NCBI RefSeq assembly: GCF_001194135.2
Contig: NC_068982.1
Coordinates: forward strand, 105,294,641 to 105,358,640
Length of the DNA: 64,000 nt
Direction of reading: 5' to 3'
Source of the DNA: Octopus bimaculoides
Lineage: Eukaryota
Positions 26,301-36,900 of this stretch are shown piece after piece (positions within the stretch are counted from its first letter, which is position 1; each line of letters begins with the position of its first letter). The position numbers and the translations under genes were made by a program. The notes beneath the pieces are model-generated. The model was not told where the DNA came from. It worked only from the letters and a program-made list of their open reading frames with translations, and did not search any database.

Positions 26301-28514
26301 ACTTATCCCCTGGCCTAAGAGAACCCAAAAAATCTGTAGAAACTCTCTCCTTTTAACAAAAATATGTAAAAACATCAGCTTAACAGTAATTGTTACTCCA
26401 GTCATTTAAACCATAATTTTTTAATTTTAACAGCAATTAAATCAGAAATTGAGAATTTGGATTAGACCTCCATGAGAAATTATATTCATATTAGATATTT
26501 TTATATATTGACATCTGATTTCGCATCCTTATTGTAAGTTGATTTGTTCTGCAAATTCTCTCCTTTGCATGAACTATTTTTCACAGCAGTTAAACCATTT
26601 TGAAAAGCAATAGTGTTTTGTTCCTCCTTTTAGATAAAATTCTTATTACTTAGTTTCTATGAAATGCTTTCTCAGTTGCATTCAGAGATTTTATAAAACA
26701 ACTTCAACTAGCCATGTTGTACATATTGAAATTGTGCTTAGTGATTATGTGACACAACAACTCTAAAATAACTGACAATATAGTGTTGAGTATGATGTTA
26801 GTACTTTGTCATTTTTGTTTCTAAAATAGTTATGCTTTCCTATCAGAAGTGGATATTACTCAAAATAAAACTGATATTGAGAGAGTGCATTTTTAACAAT
26901 GACAAATATATTTCATCTTCTCAAAGTGCTATACTTCAAACTACATATAATTGTTATTTTACCAATTACAGTTTTTGAATGAAACAACATTATGAATGTC
27001 TTAACTTTTATTATATACTAACAATATAAATTATTTATTCACCTTGTCTTTATAAGCCATTCATCCTCATCACTATACCAGCTGCTTTGACTGTCTAAGC
27101 TGTCTTATTATGTTTTCACACACTTGCCTGTTCATGGCAGTATACATACTACTCACATTTCATGGTTGAGTGCTTAATGTTTAGGAAATCCAGCTTGAAA
27201 ACTCATCTTTCAATAATTCATGCAAATACCAAAATTACTTCAGACTATTTTGTTTAATTATTGGATAATACAAAACTCATTAGTTATGATATGAAGGCAC
27301 AACTTTAATTCTTGAAAAACTGTGTAAAAATTCAACTGTAGACATTGTATTATGCTTTTAGGGCAGGTACATAGATCTGTATTTGAATCTTAAAGTAAGT
27401 ATAGAAACACTTGCTTTAAGATTTAATGCAGATGTATCAATTTTCAGGGAAGCACAGGGAAAAGCAGATGTAAACAATAATTTAAAAAGATAGGTCATCC
27501 AATTTATTATTTAATTTCAGTAAAGGTTTAATGACTATGACATAAAGTACAGGGTTTAGTAATGTGATTTACACAATCAGTCCATCCGGTCTATACTAGC
27601 TTGTGAAATACATTTGTGGAGAAATGGAACAAAATTGTAATGAGTAAAATGTTATGTTTTTTTCCCCTTAAATCTAATTTTTGTTCACTACTATATTGTT
27701 TTAAAATGTTTATTTTTATTTTAGAGTGCAACAGGCTTTAAATCCAGTGAAAGACCGGTACCACTATGATAAAAGGAACATAACATACCCCACAACTGCT
27801 GCTGTGGAACCTCGCACTAAATCACCACAAAGGTCTTTTGCTGATACTCACTATATTTCTCCGGCTGCTGAAAAGGATGTGCGGCGCAGTGTTCCAGTTC
27901 GTGAGATAATACCTGGTCGCATGAGAGAACCTTTTGCCCGAAGTCCATTGATTTCTACGAGTCCCATTGGCCTGCATGATAAGTCTCCTTCCCTCACATC
28001 TGACCTTGCCACTTCACGCACTTACTATCCAGAGACAGATAGCAGACTTCAGTCTTCTAACAAAAGAACTCCTGGTCGATCACCATCCCCAGTAAGCAGC
28101 TTACATGGTGCACGGTCACGGCGAATCAGAACCCCACCTCATGCCACTGAAGTTGACAGAGTTAGTCAATGGCAAAGTCCACCTCGACGACACAGCCCAC
28201 CAAGACGTCCTACTTTAAGCCCAACATCGCCAATTAGACGAAGTGATAGATATCCCTCAGGCCATAAGGTTTTGCTACCCTCCTCTTCCTCCTCCTCTCA
28301 AGGTCAGCTGCCTATACGTGATCTTTGGCGCCATCGAAATCGTTCCCCAGACAACACTGATATTGGACACAGAACTTCAATTTCTTCATCTTCTTCCTCG
28401 TCATCATCCTCACAGCTTCCAATGAGAAGACGTGCTCCATCTCCCACTGGACTTGCTGGTAGCAGCAGAAATCGCCGAGAAAGGAGTCCTATTTCTAAGA
28501 GACCACGACGGTGA
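1659..28514 (+). CDS. BOD1L1: BOD1L1-like gene (biorientation of chromosomes in cell division 1-like; COMPASS Shg1/BOD1 domain), 10 coding exons, joined CDS 4464 nt = 1487 aa
   Basis: join(1659..1787,6465..6589,7783..8003,11029..12621,13759..13925,16986..17127,19582..20392,22344..22472,25007..25363,27725..28514); all introns GT-AG with phases 0,2,1,1,0,1,2,2,2 that chain into one open frame. N-terminus GDPKLVQEIIDKLKSQGLFDQFRKEGMGDVDTK-PAYQNLRQRMEGHVSRFLEKQVWSPNLNKNQLRDQLRKHINQ-SGILASGVERIIEQVVNPKI matches the BOD1 family; downstream TISSVHTSDLSSFD and YSDSDDDETREERKERIAKEKEERYLRRQ match, from recall, motifs of vertebrate BOD1L1 that short BOD1 lacks. Confidence 0.9.
2093..2138 (-). ncRNA. 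Minimal type I hammerhead ribozyme motif, inverted copy
   Basis: Reverse complement of 2204-2249 with one loop substitution. Confidence 0.7.
2204..2249 (+). ncRNA. Minimal type I hammerhead ribozyme motif (Penelope-type)
   Basis: gacac-CTGACGA-a-ggctg(gagggtatat)cagcc-GAAAC-GTT-gtgtt: stem I gacac/gtgtt, stem II ggctg/cagcc, loopless palindromic stem III (AACGTT), GUU cleavage triplet. Confidence 0.7.
3985..4215 (-). mobile_element. tRNA-derived SINE (ggaggcgcatggcctagtggttagg family); related copy 18658-19000 on +
   Basis: A box TGGCCTAGTGG and B box GGTTTCGATTCC on - strand, followed by cttgagcaaaacactt body. Confidence 0.7.
6465..6589 (+). CDS. BOD1L1: BOD1L1 exon 2 (PAYQNLRQ...RKHINQ)
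   Basis: Polypyrimidine tract plus acag acceptor, donor CA|gtatgt, phase 2; BOD1 domain continues. Confidence 0.95.
6830..7405 (-). mobile_element. R4/Dong-like non-LTR retrotransposon RT fragment
   Basis: MMPHSWIVECLQMFG...KRGIFQGDSFSPSLF and MEFGITKCSVLNMKRGK...YRYLGILE, characteristic of RLE-type R4/Dong RT; frameshifted. Confidence 0.8.
7410..7570 (-). mobile_element. LINE-like 3' end with (TAA)n tail
   Basis: ...gaggtctctgggtgagacttggatccaacttgtacaaatgcaaagcaaaagtcaaacataaa(ataat)n on - strand. Confidence 0.5.
7571..7693. repeat. 20-bp minisatellite, about 6 copies (atttgtacatagtgttgttt)
   Basis: Directly visible tandem period. Confidence 0.9.
7783..8003 (+). CDS. BOD1L1: BOD1L1 exon 3 (SGILASGVERIIEQVVNPK...poly-Ala...NAMA)
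   Basis: ttttag acceptor, donor A|gtaagt, phase 1; end of BOD1 domain, then QQQ and A7 runs. Confidence 0.95.
8115..8330. repeat. Dispersed repeat embedded in (CTAT)n; inverted second copy at about 63625-63975
   Basis: gaccaaggttaccgtggtcttttc...ccacggctaaacctaaactgtcctcccc matches the reverse complement of the window end. Confidence 0.8.
11029..12621 (+). CDS. BOD1L1: BOD1L1 exon 4, 1593 nt, proline-rich region and SSVHTSDLSSF motif
   Basis: Lies within ORF 10998..12686; acceptor tattacag, donor G|gtaaga; phases fit neighbouring exons. Confidence 0.92.
13759..13925 (+). CDS. BOD1L1: BOD1L1 exon 5 (DLEDVAEK...YSDSDDDETREERKERI)
   Basis: Acceptor ttttgtag, donor ATT|gtaagt, phase 0. Confidence 0.92.
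13981..14368 (+). mobile_element. Full-length tRNA-derived SINE with 14-bp TSD
   Basis: A and B boxes, (AAC)n tail, TSD attctactttacag at 13967-13980 and 14369-14382; homologous to 43628-43985. Confidence 0.88.
16986..17127 (+). CDS. BOD1L1: BOD1L1 exon 6 (AKEKEERYLRRQQRR...EDS), not in the ORF track
   Basis: Acceptor ttctctttgttgaag, donor G|gttagt; charged helical segment completing the conserved AKEKEER motif. Confidence 0.9.
19582..20392 (+). CDS. BOD1L1: BOD1L1 exon 7 (ALPPSKVEP...LGPAAR)
   Basis: Within ORF 19542..20396; acceptor attgcag, donor CG|gtaagt. Confidence 0.88.
20660..20952 (-). mobile_element. Retroposon with RTE-like 3' end and (GAT)n tail (ggaaagcggacgttaaacgatgatg family)
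   Basis: Representative near-intact copy; others at about 12640-12800, 17470-17720, 29836-30090, 49069-49250 (same orientation) and 23250-23560, 35860-36062, 38930-39120, 44795-45000, 50215-50490 (opposite). Confidence 0.8.
22344..22472 (+). CDS. BOD1L1: BOD1L1 exon 8 (PPPLLPKLSAADNRSRSGQRYNIEDLYKPRISHRR...)
   Basis: Acceptor cttctttcag, donor GG|gtaatt, 129 nt, phase 2-2. Confidence 0.88.
25007..25363 (+). CDS. BOD1L1: BOD1L1 exon 9 (RYPDSDRHY...coiled coil...MESKQR)
   Basis: Acceptor atttccag, donor AG|gtgagc, 357 nt open frame, phase 2-2. Confidence 0.87.
27725..28514 (+). CDS. BOD1L1: BOD1L1 terminal exon 10 (SP/R-rich tail ending SKRPRR*)
   Basis: Acceptor ttttattttag; ORF 27726..28514; followed by AT-rich UTR-like sequence with ATTAAA at 28841. 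Confidence 0.87.
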
Positions 28515-29190
28515 TAATTCTATGTTTCATTTCAAATTCACTCCCCCATAATTGCAACTTTACAAATCAACATTTGGCTTCCGTCAGACCAAATTCAGAT
28601 GGAGTTAACGACTACTCTCAACTTTTAGTTGGCTGAGTCACACATCAAAGATTTAACATATCGTTTTTCCTCCCAAATGTTTCCCAACTAATCACTTCAG
28701 ATTTCTTTATCATCCTTTACATTATTTTCCAAGATGAATTAAGACAGAAGGGTCTCAAATTTACTGAGAAAAGCAGTCCTGTATCTTTGAGCAGTTGTAT
28801 GCCAAAGTACTTATAAATATAAGAAAAAAATATTAATTTTATTAAAAGAAAAATTGTAATGAAGTGTTATTGTATTTGTTTTCAAAAAAAAAAAAATCCT
28901 GTTTTACCTTGTATTGTTGTCTTCAGCTTTATTTTTAATTACATTTAAATGATTGTCTGCCACTTTCTCCCTCTCACATCATTTAGTCATCTATTTGGAA
29001 TTCTTATTTTTTCACATCTGTACATGCCAAAACAGATGCTTTTGCAAATTTGAATATATGCATGGTATTGTTGGTTTTAGTACCCTGATCAACCTGCTCA
29101 AATGAAGTAAAATATTTTAATTAATCTTTTGATATTCTACTAGTACTGAATTTAATTGGATCTACAACCTTGACAGTTTTGTTGAGTCAT

Positions 29191-29572
29191 GAAGGCGCAG
29201 GAGTGGCTGTGTGGTAAGTAGCTTGCTTACGAACCACATGGTTCCGGGTTCAGTCCCACTGCGTGACACCTTGGGCAAGTGTCTTCTACTATAGCCATGG
29301 GCCGACCAAAGCCTTGTGAGTGGATTTGGTAGACGGAAACTGAAAGAAGCCTGTCGTATATATATATATATATATGTGTGTGTATATGTTTGTGTGTCTG
29401 TGTTTGTCCCCCTCAACATCGCTTGACAACCGATGCTGGTATGTTTACATCCCCGTAACTTAGCGGTTCGGCAAAAAGAGTCCGATAGAATAAGTCCTGG
29501 GGTCGGTTTGCTCAACTAAAGGCAGTGCTCCAGCATGGCCACGGTCACATGACTGAAACAAGTAAAAGAGAG
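29191..29572 (+). mobile_element. Abundant tRNA-derived SINE (ggcgcaggagtggctgtgtggtaag family) with (TA)n and 3' module
   Basis: Representative copy; others at about 5177-5330, 10285-10650, 17960-18100, 31866-32235, 48125-48225, 51365-51520 (+) and 30215-30360, 34955-35270, 40040-40380, 49260-49630, 56690-57225 (-). Confidence 0.85.
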
Positions 29573-30682
29573 TTAATCTAAGTATACAAACTAATACCAG
29601 TGCATAGGTATGAAGTTAATGACCTTTTGCTTCAGTAACTCATCATTTTGAGAATCAATCCGACTATGTTTTTCACGCTAACAGGGAATGAAATTTGAAA
29701 CTTTTACATATATTAAATTATTGAATTACCTATGGCTAACTACTCAATAAAATACAAATGTCATAACTTGGTATATACAATTGAAACAGTATTAAATTAA
29801 AATTGCCCTCTGTGTATCATACTAAATGTATATATCATCATCATCATCATCATCATCATCATCGTTTAACGTCCGCTTTCCATGAGGACTGGTGAACAGG
29901 ATGGCTACACCAGGCTCCAATCTGATTTGGCAGAGTTTCTACAGCTGGATGCCCTTCCTAACGCCAACCACCGGCACAAGGGCCAGTTACACGGTACTGG
30001 CAATGGCCACGCTCAAAAAGGTGTTTTTTACATGCCACCTGCACGGGAGCCAGTCCAGCGGCACTGGCAACGATCTCGGTCGAATGTCTTACACGTGCCT
30101 TGTACTTACTTTTTAAATCTGGTTCCTATCAGTCACCTTTGATGCATCAGTAGGTTATGGGGACATAAACCAATACTTGTCATCAAGCGATGATGTGGGA
30201 AACAAATATATGCCATTCCACAGTTTCCATCTACCAAATTCACTCACGAGGCATTGGTCAGCTACAGTAGTCATCATCTACCCAAGGTGCTGTACATTGG
30301 GACTGAACCCAAAACCATGTGGTTGCAAAGTGAACTTATTAACCACACAGCTATGCCTGCATACAGTTATAAGTTACATTATTTTAAATGTAGAATAGCT
30401 TAATTCCTTACAGGTGGCACTGGTTACATAATAGTAAATTTGCTCTCACAAATTTCTAGAAAGTACAACCATGAAAAGAGTTTATGTTATGCAGAAGATG
30501 TAATTAAGAAAAGTTAAGAAAATATTTTTAAAAAATCAAAATTTATTTAAAACACACAAAATAATAACAGGATTTCTAACAAGTATAGCAGCTCTTCAAC
30601 ATACAATTACTTATCTCTTAGAAATTTGTTGAATAGGACTGAACTCAGAATTAAAAAAAAAAAACAAAAAAAAAACTGCAGC

Positions 30683-30688
30683 TTTATT
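30683..30688 (-). terminator. Candidate polyadenylation signal of PRDX3
   Basis: AATAAA on - strand about 130 nt after the stop, followed by a U-rich tract. Confidence 0.55.
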
Positions 30689-30814
30689 TCCATAGAAACA
30701 AAGACTAAATGACTGAGCAGTAAAGTTGTTATACAGTTTTTTTTTTGTTTTTTCTTGTTGGACTTGTCTTTATGGCAGAAGATACAGGGAAAACAGTCTT
30801 AAGAAATTTCTTGT

Positions 30815-30900
30815 TTAATTAACTTTTTCAAAATATTCTTTGGAACCATCTACTGTGGGTTTTATGGTTTTGCTGTCAGGTTGCCAATTGGCAGGACAAA
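30815..30900 (-). CDS. PRDX3: PRDX3 exon 7 ([28 protein letters not shown]), resolving Cys and YF motif
   Basis: Poly-T acceptor ...tttcag; TAA at 30815-30817. Confidence 0.96.
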
Positions 30901-33900
30901 CTGAAAAAAAAAAAAAAAAAAAATCAAACAAACAAACAAAAACCATAAGAAGCAGATTACAGTGTATAAAATTATGTTCTCTACTTTCTTCAAAGTATCT
31001 ATATACAAGCTCCGGAATGACTCAAATTGTACCTGGGCCTTCTACATGTTTATAAATGAATATACTCTCCTTTCTAAACATGTTTATAAATGAATATACT
31101 CTCCTTTCTAAACATGTTTATAAATATATTCTCACCCTTCTATGCATGTTTGTAAATATATGCGCACCTTTCTTTGTGTTTATAAACATATATATCCCCT
31201 CCTCTAAGCAGGTTTATAAATATACCCCCCCCCCTCGAAACATGATTATAAATAATATACCCACCTTTCTAAACATGTTTATAAATACCTCCCTTTCTAC
31301 AAGTAATTGTGCTTTGACAACAAAATACATTTATATTTCCAGTTCTTATTTCACCTTGAGTCAGCTTTGATCACATAGACCTATGATCAAAGACTCTCCA
31401 CTCACGACCACCCTATCTTTTCTTCAGACATACAATATAGATAAGACTACTTTATTCAAGGTGTTCACTTTTTATTCAAAAAGTAAGGTGTCATTTAAAG
31501 GAGATTTGGCTGCTATTTCTAGCAGATTGATTGACTGCACAGGGGTTTAATATCCACAAGAAATGCTCATAAGCAACTACTGAAGATTGAATGATATTAA
31601 AAACTCACCTTCTCCATGTTTCTCAACAAATTGAAATGCTTTGATCAATCGTATGGTTTCATCAACTGATCGGCCCACTGGGAGATCATTAATGGTGATT
31701 TGACGAAGAATGCCATTAGGGTCAATAATAAACAGACCTCTGCCAAAAGAAAAAGGGGGAAAAAAACCCAGTTTTTATGGTGACAAAATTCAACACTCGG
31801 AAAATGTTTACTGTTTTTTTTTTTAAATATCAAGATTTTCTAATGATTAATGAAAAATATCAGATTGGTGGCTGTGTGGTAAGCAGCTTGCTTCCCAACC
31901 ACATGGTTCTGGGTTGAGTCCCACTGCATGGCACCTTGGGTGAGTGTCTTCTACTATAGCCTCAGGCTGACCAAAGCCTTGTGAGTGGATTTGGTAGATG
32001 GAAACTGAAAAAAGTCTGTCGTATATATATGTATATATTATATATATGTATTTGTCCCCCCACCATTGCTTGACAACTGATGTTGGTGTGTTTATGTCCC
32101 AGTAACTTTGCAGTTCGGCAAAAGAGACCAATAAAATAAGTACTAGGCTTACAAAAAGTCCTGGGGTCAATTTGTTTGACTAAAGGCAATGCTGCAGCAT
32201 GGCCTCGGTCAAATGACTGAAGCAAATAAAAAAAGTAGAGTTCAGATAATTATTTTTTGGTGACAGAACAATAGTGGTGTTAATTGGCCAGTTAGAGCAT
32301 GAACTGGTATCCATTTCTTGTTAGATAGAAGCACAGTTGATTCAACCACAATGTATTATAGGTGCTATTTTATTAAGAGATTTTGAGTTTAAAATGTAGA
32401 GTGTCTCAATTATATAAAGCATCAAGTTTAGCTTTCTAATAATTACACCTACTGCACTGCCATAGCAATCTGTATTGTTTCTGAAACTGATATTTTAGTT
32501 GGTCATGATTATCAAGCATCTATAAAGACAATGGAGGAGCCTCTACCTCCAAGCCAAATACAAGAAAAAATTGCTTAGTGGTATTGTATGCTTCTTTCAA
32601 TAGAATAACACACCTTAAAACAGAAAATGTAATAGCTATAATTTGGAAGTGTAGTAAGTCTCATAACATTAGGACATTGGAACATCCTAGAAGATTTGCC
32701 CCATTTTGTGTATACAAAACAAGTGACCTTGGTGGGACCAATACTTGCCAATCTTCATCCATGGTACATTAAACTAATGAAACACTCTTCAATTATAGTG
32801 CTCTCTCTGTGTTTGACAGTGTATTGTATCTATCCAACTTGAGTTGGACAGCAATTGAAAATTGTGAGTCACATACACAGTTAATAATGAATTGTCAACT
32901 TTTTGAGTGCCAATTCAACATCCTCTGCACTACTCTGCATTGTCATTGAGTTTTAAAGGAAAACAACAAACAAAAGATGAAAAATGAGAAATTTTTCAGT
33001 ATTTACATGTTCACTACATTTTGACCAATTTGATCTCTGATTATCATAAGAGGTCTTGTTCTTGTAGGTGTATGGTTATCAGACAGTATTTGAACAAGTA
33101 ACCATTGTTTCTAAATTAACTTTAAAAATAAAAGCTTCTAGTTCAAAGATCAAATGTCATGAACATGCAAATATTATAAATATATTTTATCTCAGAAGAT
33201 GAGCTTAACAGAATGGAAGTGATCATGTTATTAACAACAGCTTACCTCATACATTCTAATATTTAAATTAACAAGTCAATTTTTAAAAATAATTTTGCTT
33301 CAGGCATTATCTTTAGATGTAGCTACTTATTCAGGTATTATCTATCCTTCATGAAACTACAGGATTAAAGAAATTAAGGAAAACTTTACAATATAGCTTA
33401 ATAACTAACCCCTTTAGCATTTAAACTGGCCAGATCCAGCCTCTCACACTTATCATAAAACGTCATTCTAGAACAATAATATTAAAATCTCAAAGCCACA
33501 AGATAATACATGATGAATTCAAAACAATGTCGATAAATAAGCATTACATCTGACAGAGTAATCTAAATGCTCAAGGGTTAAAGTAAAGACACAAAAAACT
33601 TACCGAAGAGCAATACCTGGGTTTTCAAGCAAGACACCATAATCAGATGCAATTTGTTTGCTTAAGTCAGATAAAAGAGGATACTTTAGTTGACCAAGGC
33701 CACCTTCCTGGAAGAAAAGGAAATATATGCGTAAATTATACATTTTATATAGATTAACATTCTTTAACTATATATCTGTCATTCTGCCTAGTTTTCTATT
33801 TAACCAACTGAATCGTGCTGCTTCCTTCAGTCTCTGACAAAGTCCTTCGAGTGAAACAAAATTTGTCAAACTCAGGGTTATGGATTAAATGCACACCATA

Positions 33901-36900
33901 TCATCATCATCATTTAACATTCATTTTTCATGCTGGCAAGCCAGAGGATTGCACCAAGCTTCCTTGTCTGTTTTGGCATAGTTTCTACAGCTGGATGCTC
34001 TTCCTAATGCCAATCACTTTACAGAGTGGATTGGGTGCATTTTACATGGCACCAACACCGGCGAGGTCTGTTTTCACATGGTTATGCATGAACCCATTTC
34101 TCGTCTCCAGTCACTATTTGGTCCAAAAAAAGGTTCATTCGTGAGACGTGACAGCAAAGAAGAGCACACATTCACTCTCTGTGTGCGATTAGATTCAGAA
34201 AGCTTGTGAGGAACCCACTGAACCAATTTGCTGACTTTTCTGATGGCACGCAGGTGTCAATGAATAGTTGAATGACCAAATCCAAGCTTCTTTCTTAGTT
34301 TCTCTACAGTTATGATGGGATTTTTGTTCCACCAGGTTTCGCAGGACGTCCTCATCGAGCTCTACAGATCTTCCAGGACGAGGCTTGTCTTCTAGGCTGT
34401 AGTTTCTGGCTCGAAATTTCTGGAACCACCATTGACACTGGCTTATGCTTATTAACCAATCCCCATACACTGTACTAATATCCTTTGCACTTTCTGTTGC
34501 ATTCTCGCTTTTATGGAACTCATAAAGCAAAATGTGCCAAATATGCCCCTTTGTCACTTCTATTATAGCTTTGAAAAAATAACTGTTAAAATCGAACTGC
34601 CATCTTGAAAACTTGCACTAAGAATAAGGATAAGGTAAAATTACTATCTGTTTTAATAGCAAGTTGATGCAGGTAGTTTATCCTGTCCCCCTCTGACTTT
34701 TAGTTCATGCAACTGAAAAAACAGCATTATTTGTGGGATGATCCACTATATACATAGACACACTAGCATAGGTGGGGTGGGGGTTGCACTTTTGGGTCTG
34801 CGGTAGGCAATGTGTGCTTTTTGTGGGTTCCAGGGGTGGCACACACTCTAGCTACGCTAGTGCATACACATATACACACACACATGTATATACACATGGA
34901 TATATACAGACACACACACACGCATATTCTTTTACATGTTTCAGTCAGTTGACTGTGACCATGCTGGAGCACTGCCTTTAGTTGAACAAATCGACCCCGT
35001 GATTTATTCTTTGTTACCCTAGTACTTATTTTATTGATCTCTTTTGCTAAACTGCTAAGTGATAGGGACGCAAACACACCAACATCAGTTGTCAAGCAAT
35101 GGTGGTGGGGGACAAACACAGACACACAGGCTTCTCTCTGTTTCCATCCACCAAATCCACTCACAAGGTTTTGGTCGGCCTGAGGCTATAGTAGAAGACA
35201 CTTCCCCAAGATGCCACGCAGTGGGACTGAGCCCGGAACCACGTAGTTGGGAAGCAAGCTTCTTACCATACCTACTATAAATTATTGAAAGAAATAAAGA
35301 AATACAATTGACATATAAATTTATTAACATTATAATATAATAATACTATAAAAAAATAATATATAAAATAATATAACAAATACATATTCTACAATTTGTT
35401 TCGATTCATATCCATATTTATGTATATGAATCATGTCTATTTTATGATTTAGCAGTCCTTGCATGAAATTTTTGTCTTATTTTTTAGACAAATATTACCC
35501 TGACGAGATTCATATACATAAATGTGAATTTTTTTATAAATCCACTAGTGGATATTAACCCATTACCTCCCATAATTCTATTAACTGGAATTTTTTTTAT
35601 GAAACTTTGGTTTCTAGCATAAAAGAGCCTTAGAAACACGCTGGATCAAAATAACATTTTAAATAGAAATAAGCGAGATATTGGGTGAAAAATAAGCAAA
35701 CCTCATTTGAATATCAGAGAAATATACCTAGTAGATATAGCAAAAAGGTTAGATATGTGTAAATATTGACAGATTTGTAATTTGTAATTTTTAAGTGAGC
35801 TCATATGAGATCACTGGTAGGTAATGGGTTAATCGAAGCGAATTGTAGGATATATATTTGTTTTGACTTGCTCCTGTACCGGTGGCATGTAAAAAGCACC
35901 CACTACACTCTTGGAGTGGTTGGCGTTAGGAAAAGCATCCAGCTGTAGAAACATTGCCAGATCAGATTGGTACCTGGTACTGCCACTGGCGTTCCAGACC
36001 TCAGTCAAACCATCCAACCCATGCCAGCATGGAAAACGGACATTAAACGATGATGATGATGACAATATTACATCTTTTCATAGTATAATTATATTATATT
36101 ATAATGTTAATAAATTTATAATATGCCAATTGTATTTCTCTATTTCCTTTAATATTTATATATTGAAATTATACCATTTTAAGTTCTGATTTTTTTCTCT
36201 ACTGTATTGTGGTATTTAACTGAAGAACTAGTGAAAATTGTATCTTTTCCATCCCTTTGAAAGAAATTGTTTTTTCCTTGGATTGAATAATAATGTATAC
36301 ATATATATATACACACACATGTATATATAAATACATGCATATACATACACACACACACACATTGAAACCCAAAATGAAGAGAGCAGCTGGTCATTAATTT
36401 GTATATCCTATTATAGGTTTTAGTGTTCAAAGTTACATACTTAGTCTCTACTAATGACTGTCCTAAAGCTGTTATAAATAAGATGCATTGAAGTAGCTTT
36501 ACTAAAAAGACTAATTAATTTTCATTAAAACTGAAGAGAGTATAAAGCCATAAATTTACCTTTCTAGGAGTGTTGATCCAAGCAAGGTGACTGAAATGGG
36601 AATCAATTGAAACACCAACAACTTCTGCATTGATCTCTTTGAATTTTTTTATATTATCACTAAATGCAATGATCTCAGTTGGGCATACAAATGTACTGAA
36701 AAAAATAGATAAAAAAGGTTGGTTTATTGATTTCTACCACAATGAATAAACAAGTGAAAGGTGAGGCTGATGGGCTATTAACACAAAAATCCAACAACAC
36801 CATTCTAAAACCATTATTCCTCCCACTCGGTCCATACAAACATGAAATGCTTTATACATACACAAATTGCAGCAGTATCAATAACCTTATTAACCCTAAA

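Noticed and set aside
26100-26330. ORF 26104..26328 and similar ORFs at 15350-15595
   Set aside because: Look like antisense or decayed CR1/L2-type 3' ends; too degenerate to call as genes.
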